Source: Takakia lepidozioides
Lineage: Eukaryota; Plantae; Bryophyta
Length of the DNA stretch: 64,000 nucleotides
Reading direction: 5' to 3'
Assembly: GCA_030704615.1 (NCBI GenBank)
Contig: CM060734.1
Location: forward strand, 31,124,001 to 31,188,000
In this document: positions 56,201 to 64,000 of the stretch, one piece after another
Layout of the letters: each line of letters opens with the position of its first letter
Numbering within the stretch: position 1 is the first letter of the stretch
Position numbers and translations under genes: made by a program
The notes under the pieces: model-generated
Databases searched by the model: none
What the model was told of the DNA's origin: nothing
Seen by the model: the letters and a program-made list of their open reading frames with translations, nothing else

Positions 56201-59200
56201 GTTGTGTCTGACTTCCAGCTGCTGATAAGGAAATGAAACACAATACAAGGCAATGCTTGTACTTCTACCATTGTCATGGAGCAGGCCCTTTCTGAGTCCT
56301 AGAGCAACCATCGCAAATTCTGGAAAACCCAAAAAAGGTGAGAAAAGTTCCTTGGTCCACATTACTTCTTGGATTTTGTCAGATCACACCACCAGCAGAT
56401 AATGCAGACTAAAGATGCCAGCATCATCACAAAATGAGTTGCACGCCCAGTCTAGTCAGCTATTATCCTTCATGAAGCACAGAGTTCATTACCTCCATTG
56501 CAAGGGCCTAGAGACAGACAGAAAGAAAGAAAGGAGAAAAAGAACTTTAACCTTCACAGCGGCCTTAAGAGTCCATGGGACAAACTAGAACACGAGGTGG
56601 ACACATCGAAAAACCCCTACGACACCCGAGAGAGAGAGAGAGAGAGAGTACTCATAAGACTTTGTTTGCCATAGCCTTGTGGCCATAGACCCCACACCCA
56701 GTTTGGACGGAAATGCCAGAAGGACAGAGACAGACAAAGAAAGAAACTTTATAATTCCGGCAAGTAGGACAGTGAGAAAACACTTAGAGGAAACATACCT
56801 AAGACATCTATGCCGGTAGGCTGCCAAGCAGTCTGGGTCCTCACAAACTGGAAGGTTCTGCCAAAAAGATTGCATCCACCGGAACCTCTAAGGGCCTAAG
56901 AGACAAAGAGAGGGAGACACGGAGATTCAAACCTGAGCATCGACAACTCAGCCTCATCCACCCTACCCTCTTCCAGAAGGGAATGACCGAGATGTGAAAG
57001 TGGCACTGTCAAAGTCTTGTCATTGGGACCCTTGGCTCCCTCTATAATAGCCAGGACCCGCTCATAAACCTCAATAGCCTTCGAACCTTTGTCCATTTCA
57101 CTGTAAGTGTTGGCTAATCCCAAGAGCACCTTCACTATGAAAGGGCTGTCTTTACCTGTCAACCATAGTGCATGCATCAATTGACAAACATACTTATTTG
57201 CAAACTTGCCCGTACTGGCAGGAAGGTAATGAAAGTTCACCATAGCATGAGAGGTTTCTGAGCACTAGGTTTGATTCGTGGTAACTATTTCAGACAATAA
57301 ATGAATTCCTGCTCGGGGACCTGCAGTACGGTATGAATATCTTGATCAATTATCTTCAACAACAACAGACCATCTCTTGATATGACTCGGAATACCTCTT
57401 ACGTCCCAGAGAATGCAGACATTGAGGGCGTGTGAACCTTACCAAGTAGGTCTTCCTGAATCTCAAGACTTCTGAGATAAAACGGAAGTGCCTCCTTAGG
57501 CTTGCCCAGTGCTGTGTACAGACTCCCCATATGTTCTAATATGTTGTCCATCAAAGGCTGAGATCTACCCGTCCCCACGTTGTCAAGCACTTCCTTTGTC
57601 TGGATGGAGGCACCAACCCACAGACCGGAATTCAACCATCTCCACATAATCTTTACCTTGGACTTATAATGCCAATGAAGACCAACAACTACCCCATTTG
57701 AATCTCTAGTGAAAATTTCTCCAGTTGTTCCTTTCTCTGCACTAAATCCAAGAATCTTGCTTATAAGTGATATTTGCTGTCATCCTGAGGGCATTCAACA
57801 GCAAGTGGCTCCTATCCATTTCTAACCTCCGTAGCTCCTACACTCCAGGACTCCCAACTTAGGGAGAACCCAGGATTTAGAGAATCCATTGCAGACACTC
57901 CTCACATGGGTACAGGCAGCAATCGAGACAATCTTTTGCAAACAAGGTAAGCACAATTCACAACAATTACATATTGTTAAGTTGCAATGAGTCTGGAATG
58001 CTGATTACTGCTGTCCTCCCCAAGAAATAACCCACCATTTCCTCTGCACTAACGCATCTGTAAAAAGAACTACTAGAAGATGAAAGGAATGAGAATTTAA
58101 TATAGGGGGATATGAAAAGGGGAGATAAGCAAGGGGAGGGGAAACAACACCGAGAATCAGATGCAAAGCAGGGATGATTTCATATGAAGTCTTAAGCAAG
58201 TGAAAGAGGGACTGTTGCAACAGAATAATATACACCAAAGAAGAGCGTGGAAGGAGCCACCAAATAAGAAAGCATTCACCAACCTGTTCCAGAAGAAGGT
58301 TGACATCCTCAAAATCACCCAAGCTCATATGCAGCTGAGCTAGTACATCCAGCATGGCAGCTTGCTCAATGCCTTGGACCCCTGACTCCATTTGCTCTGA
58401 CAGGGCATAATAATTAGCTTGAATTACGTCACGTGCAGTTTCTTCTTCCCCTTCTGCTATCATCCTGTTCACCTCCTCATACAGCTCTTGAAGCTGTTCC
58501 TCAAGCTCAGTCATGTGATCGACCAGCTGCTTCATTTCACTCACTTTAGCAGGATTTCTGTTCCATTCGCACATGAGCCAAGGTTTAAGCTCTCATGGTC
58601 ACCGGAAAAGTAACAGCTGAAATGTCATGAGAAACAGCTATAGGCACCGCGCACTAAAAGCCATTCTGTGCCATACCTTATCCACAACGTAAAAGTAAAT
58701 CTCATGGCCCAAATGAAATATGGTGTCTGCAGTGTGCACCCCTTATCAGGACTGTGTTTACGTTAAATTTTGAGACTTCAAATGAGGTTATAATTGCTGA
58801 AAGATTCGGGAGAGGCATTGAATTAAGTAAAAGCTCCAGACAAAGTTAGCTTTCTGAGCTAGGATATAGCAACCTAAAGTTAACTTCAAAGTTGATCAAA
58901 AGTATCATACAGCACATGGTATCACACAACACATCAAAACTCAATGCAAAAACGGTTTAGGTGGGAAAGACAGGCAAAACAGTACCCAATCTCTCGCATC
59001 ACTTGCTGAGCCATCTCATTGTCATTTACAGCCATAGCAATTGCAAACCGGTTGAAGTGATCCTCTCGCGCCTGTGCTGATTCATCCTTTTCATTTTCTC
59101 CTATCTCAACATTGCTCGAGCCCTCAATCTCACCTTCAGATTGTGTGTTTCTGCAAGCACATACACAATTGCACTCTCAGCGAGCATTTACAAGGACAAA

Positions 59201-59867
59201 GTTGAATTTGGATGGATTTCCAGAAACATATAGTGGGCTTTCACTTACATTGAACTCGAGAATTACTGCAGCAACCACCTAGATGTACTTGCATGCCGAA
59301 CAATTATTTCTCTTGGGCACTTAGTCAATGGTTTGCAAAACTCTATGGTCAAATGCAAAGGCTCCACATCATAGCTCAACCTGTAAACACCTACATGGAG
59401 CTAGACTACTCCCTACTACAGCCAAATGCGACAAGACTAATCCATGATTTCATTTCATATTCACAATTACTTGATGTTCCTTTTGTCCCTACCCAACACA
59501 TGTAACTGCAGCTATGCAAGCGACCAAAAGACTGCAACATTTCATCTCGACAAACGTCATAAGCTCCAAAACTGGATAGCAGCAGAAATATGTAGTAATC
59601 ATCTGTGATGTGTGCAGGTGGAAATGAGTAGAATATATAACAAGCAAGAACGCATACATGACTGAAGCAGGCGCCCTCTGCCAGTCCAAAACTGAATCAT
59701 CGTCATCTTTTGAGGGTCTCCGAAAAAGCCTTTTGTTTCTGCACGTTGGAAAATAGTGCATAATGAATCTCTGCTGCTGACTGCTCTTCATCTCTCCATG
59801 CATGTATTCTCTTTCTTCTTTCTTTCTCTGAATATGATTTCTTTCTGTTTGTCTCAATCAGCCTCCT
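53209..59867 (-). CDS. TPR protein (kinesin-light-chain/nephrocystin-3-like repeats); 5' part unresolved and apparently frameshifted
   Basis: Phase-consistent exons ~58616-58284, 57599-57443, 57155-56933, 55965-55874, 54861-54726, 54606-54275, 53459-53209 with TPR motifs (LQNLATSYAASEKYDKCEPLLRRSL). Upstream exons at ~59151-58986 and ~59865-59658. Resemblance to the Arabidopsis WTG1-like family is from memory only. Confidence 0.8.
55221..55542. mobile_element. Older hAT MITE in a TPR gene intron
   Basis: Degenerate 21-bp TIRs CAGTGTT...CTCAAA / TTTGAG...AACACTG; TSD GGTCTTTC / GGTTTTTC (7/8); GGTATC/ATACCC internal repeats. Confidence 0.75.
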
Positions 59868-60697
59868 GCAAATGAAATAAAATTTCTTTCTTTCACTCTT
59901 CCTTGCTTCTGATCTCTTGGGTCCTCCCACTCTAGACACATCTAAATTTCAAGCTTGCTCACTTCTAATAAGGCAGCTACTCTAGGGATCCCTCTTCCAT
60001 GCTTATGCTGGGACTAGAAATAAGGGTGCTAGTAGTAAAAATGCAAGTTCTGGGTTTAATAAATTGACTGCAGTGGTATTTTCTTTCATCTTCTCGCCAC
60101 TCCACGTTAGAATCAAGTACAAGACCACCAGGGACAGGTTAAATCCCATGGTTCCATAGCTGCAAGGCTACTGCACCATACCATCGCAAAGCCATTAGAT
60201 ATGAGGACCTTCTCTCTCTCCTCGTCTATCAACTGGGGCACAGACCAACATTGCTTACAGTTTCTTTGCACTACCGGCGGCAGCAGTGTTACACCTGTTG
60301 CATGTTGGAAGCTTTCGTAGGCCAAATCTATCCAACCACGGTCTGAATATTCGTCAGTTACAAGCTAGACAATGGAATTTGAATTCAACCCACCTGTGTC
60401 CCTCATAACTGAGACCTTGCAGCTTTCTAATACAACTAGTAGAAGGCCAGCCTCCTTTGCAAGGCATCATCCTCCAGCCATGTCGTTGACTGTCCTCTAA
60501 GACATCCCTACTAACTTGCAGTGAGCACACACTGTTATTGCATAATGCTTGATTCCTGTAGCACCTAAAACCCTGGGAAGAAATGCCTGGAGCTGTTGCA
60601 ACAGTGTGCCACTGCTGGGTGAGATTGAACTCCCTGCATAGCAAACAACCCAGTCCTGTCAGACCCGGTTCCACTCTCTTCAACGTGCTCTCTCACT

Positions 60698-60965
60698 TTC
60701 TCTGCACAAAGATTAGAGAGAGCAGCCGGCGTGTCGTTGGCATTTCCAAGCTTACCAGTTCAGAGTTGATGGCCAGAAAACCCTAAACCCTGAAGAAGCC
60801 ATTCCCCGATACCCAGTTGTCCTCTCATCCGCGTGCTACATCTCTCTATTGCTCATTCTCTCAGCACAAAGATTGTAGAGAACAACTTGCGTCTCGTTGG
60901 CATTTCCAACCTTACCACCAGTTGACAGTTGATGGCCAGATAAACCCTAAACCCTGAAGAAGCCA
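60698..60965. repeat. ~105-bp direct duplication containing telo-boxes (AAACCCTA)
   Basis: 60698-60801 and 60856-60965 both end GATGGCCAGA(A/T)AAACCCTAAACCCTGAAGAAGCCA. Confidence 0.8.
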
Positions 60966-62339
60966 GGTACATGGTAAAGAACCAATAGCTAATTATGAGA
61001 TTAAAATTATTTATCAACTGGATGAAATGGGCATGCACCTGCTTTCCCTCTACTAGGCCTTTCATGTTGATACACAGGCATAAGTTTCGGAGTTGTTCCA
61101 ATAACTTCCACCAGCTTTGCATTCACATGCTGCTGAGTTAGCATGTTGCATCGTGTACTCGTTCACTAGTATCAATTACATACGAACCTTAACACCAAAT
61201 GTCAGATATCAACCAGTATGTCCTTCACTTAATTGCTGTCGTGGCTTCAAACTACCCCAAAACTTACCTGTCTGCAATTCGTAGATACATTGCTGCGCCA
61301 AATCACCCATTCGAATAATATCCACATGCTCAAAATCAATTTTCCAAGAAGAGGAAAGTACTGAGCGATATGGAAGAATCACAGAGTCATGGGAGCGAGC
61401 CTCCAGAAACAGCCCAGCGACGCTATGTGTAAATGACACACCACTACTCAGAAACCTTCGGCTCTTTGAAAGACAAGATACAATCGCCCTTCTCCCTATG
61501 GAAATTTATATATCACAATGTCAAAATTGGATGATGTTCTCAGGTGGCTTTCACCAATAAATAATGGGTTCCAAGAATTCGCTGTGGAAGACCTTCGAAT
61601 GTGATGGCATCTAGGTGAAAAAATAAAGTGAAACACGGAAATTAATCAATAGTGCATAACATGGTACCCAGACATGCATGAGTTGAGCAGAATCGAACTT
61701 CCTCACCTACTACTGAGAACAGGAACTGACGTCAAAGACTGGCGTGGGCACAGAAATGCGTTAGCCATGGTGGCCAGAAGAACTTCCACCTCTCCCTGCC
61801 TCACTACCCACCGTCTCTCATGCAATGGCCTGCTCACATATCCCTTTCCCCTTTCAGAAACAACATCTCGAAAGAACGAAGGGACCCTTGAGACGAGCTT
61901 GCACTGTGTGTTATCTACCCATCCTCAACTCAAACGTGACGTTAACTAACAGTCCTGATTTTTCTTTTTTTAAGGGAAATAAATCGGGCCTTGGTTACTG
62001 TGAGAGGAAAATGTAACCTTGTTCCCCCTTGAAAAGGCCACTACCCGGGTAGTAGGATTTGAACCCAGTATCACCCCCTGCTGCACAATGTGCTGTAGCT
62101 ACAGACTTTGATGATATGCTTAAGTCGCCATGTTGTTCTTTTTCTTTCTCTTTTTTTGTAAACAGGAGACAGTGGGCCTGGATTGAATTTTATGGAGATT
62201 ATTGAAGGGAAAAAAATTAAAACCCTTGTAAGGCACATGGCCGCCATCAGGCCTAAACGCACGGCAAGCTGGATACCCCCCAAGAACGGCTCAGAATTTT
62301 GTGTGGCCTCGTCGTTATGAGGCTGGTCAGACGACCGTC

Positions 62340-62540
62340 AGGCCGTCTCATTAATATAGGAGCAAACTACCTTCATGCGTCAAGGACTTCGATTTTTTTG
62401 GCATATGAATTTTACAACTACCTCCATGCAGGTAGTTTTAGGATTTTCTACATGAAGGTACTTGCAAAACCAAGCTGAACTACCTGCATGAGAGTAGTTG
62501 CATACCACCTCCGTGGAGGTAGTTACGGTAAGCGCCAATC
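62340..62540. repeat. Transposon-like subterminal direct and inverted repeats (ACTACCT.CATG / CATG.AGGTAGT)
   Basis: Several copies in both orientations. Confidence 0.5.
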
Positions 62541-62954
62541 ACCGGATCTACGTTCAAGGAATGGAACGTGGGATCTGCATCGCCACATCGCCATCGACCT
62601 ACCACCAGACCACATCCTCCACCATACCAATAGTTCGACGTTTTTTCGATATATACTCATTACGACAAGGCCACACAAAATTCTGAGGCCCCCAAGAACA
62701 ATAACGAGTAGCAGTGCTAAGCAAGGAAAGGGTGCTCCACGAATGTGATATTCCGGGAGCAAGTCCCCGTTTGAAGAACAATTCCAACCTAGAGCTGAAT
62801 CAAGGGTACGGAGGACCAAACTAATAATTGTAGCCATCAGTCTGAGGACGTGGAGAAACACTAACCTCCGACATAATCACCTGAGAGAACCTGACGAAGA
62901 TCAATGAGAGAGAGACAAAGCTGTCTATGGTAAGAAATCGTGGAAGTCTTGACA

Positions 62955-63043
62955 TGCTTCCAGTTGTCATTATCCGATTTATCAAACTCTGGGGAAGCGG
63001 AAGAGGAGGGTTCGGTGATGCTGCCACTGAGGAGGGATCTGCC
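62955..63043 (+). repeat. Coding-like dispersed repeat, inverted homologue of 6259-6345
   Basis: SNSGEAEEEGSVMLPLRRDLP versus SNSGEAEEEGSLAPPLRRDLP. Confidence 0.75.
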
Positions 63044-63660
63044 GTCGCCATCCACAGGACTCAGCCACCCAATCTCTGAACAGAATGCGACAAAGATCAT
63101 TGCCACCAGGGCTTAGTGCGATGAGGATGTTGTGAATTGCATGATAATGAATGAATTGAAGGGACCGAGTTGCATAACATGGAAGGGGACATGAGGACAT
63201 GATTGATTTGCAATTTTTTGTGAGGTGGGGCGAAGGGACTTGCGAGTAAATGATGAAGAATGGAGAGCCAAGCATGAGGCTAAGCATGGCGGTAGTTTTA
63301 AGAAACTTGGCCTGGCCGAGCTTCTGATGGAAATATGGAGCCACAGAGTTTGAGACTGATATTGTACGTGCATGAGATCAATCAGTGGTGTCTGACCGTC
63401 AGTGGGAGTCGTTGACATCGGTGGCGACGGCAAGAGGATCCATCGGATTCAGAGCATGGTGCAATTGAGGCAGGGATGAAATGGAATGGCTGGGGGTGCG
63501 AATGCAATGCAGGGGAGGATGAGGATGATCATGGTGATGGAGGCGGGTCGCTCTCGATCCGGTTGCCAAGAGTTGTATGGATGATCCGCTCGAAGTTGGA
63601 AAAAGGTTATCCAAACAACATGAGCCCCAGACAAAGGAGGAGCATGATGAGATGACTGAG

Positions 63661-63945
63661 GTTCCATACTGTCAAGCTGTCTGATGTATGCTATGACAGG
63701 CACTAGACCAGACCAGATATAGCAGTTGCAGTTGGAATGGTGAGTCAGTTTATGGCAAATCCGGGGATTGCTCATTGGAAAGCAGTCAAGAGAATCTTTA
63801 GGTATTTGAAGGGGACTCAACAGATGGTTCTGCAGTTTAAGGCTGGAGTTAATGATGCTTTGGAAGGTAGTTGTAATTCAGATTGGGGTGGGGACTTGGA
63901 TAGTAGGAAGTCCACCACAGGTTATGCATTTACTTTGGGCGATGT
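63661..63945 (+). mobile_element. Ty1/Copia RT-RNase H junction fragment
   Basis: LMYAM...RPDIAVAVGMVSQFMANPGIAHWKAVKRIFRYLKGT...SDWGGDLDSRKSTTGY. Confidence 0.93.
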
Positions 63946-64000
63946 GGTTGCGAACGCTCTTGAATGAGCTGAACTTCATCCAAGTGAAAGCAACCCCGAT

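Noticed and set aside
62010-62102. tRNA gene on the minus strand (GGTTCAAATCC)
   Set aside because: Only a B box is present; no A box or cloverleaf. At most a SINE remnant.

Overview
Repeat-rich nuclear DNA from a non-seed land plant, most likely a bryophyte. This is inferred from a bryophyte-like 5.8S rRNA, PLS-class PPR motifs, a type-D-like lipid-transfer protein and spliceosomal introns. The first ~31 kb is mostly nested, decayed transposons (hAT, piggyBac, CACTA, several non-LTR clades, a SINE, a hAT MITE) carrying gene fragments: tandemly amplified PPR pieces, a SEC13 5' fragment and an orphan ITS1-5.8S-ITS2 piece. One nsLTP gene sits among them. The right half holds a secreted glycine-rich protein gene built by exon duplication, an apparently intact 11-exon nuclear CysA/SABC-type sulfate ABC ATPase with a long N-terminal extension, a disrupted TPX2-like gene, a TPR gene with apparent 5' frameshifts and a Copia fragment. 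The most unusual signal is an array of five 52-nt tRNA-like elements without an anticodon arm, with covarying stems, inside the 3' arm of the piggyBac. All coordinates and splice models were read by eye; no searches were run.
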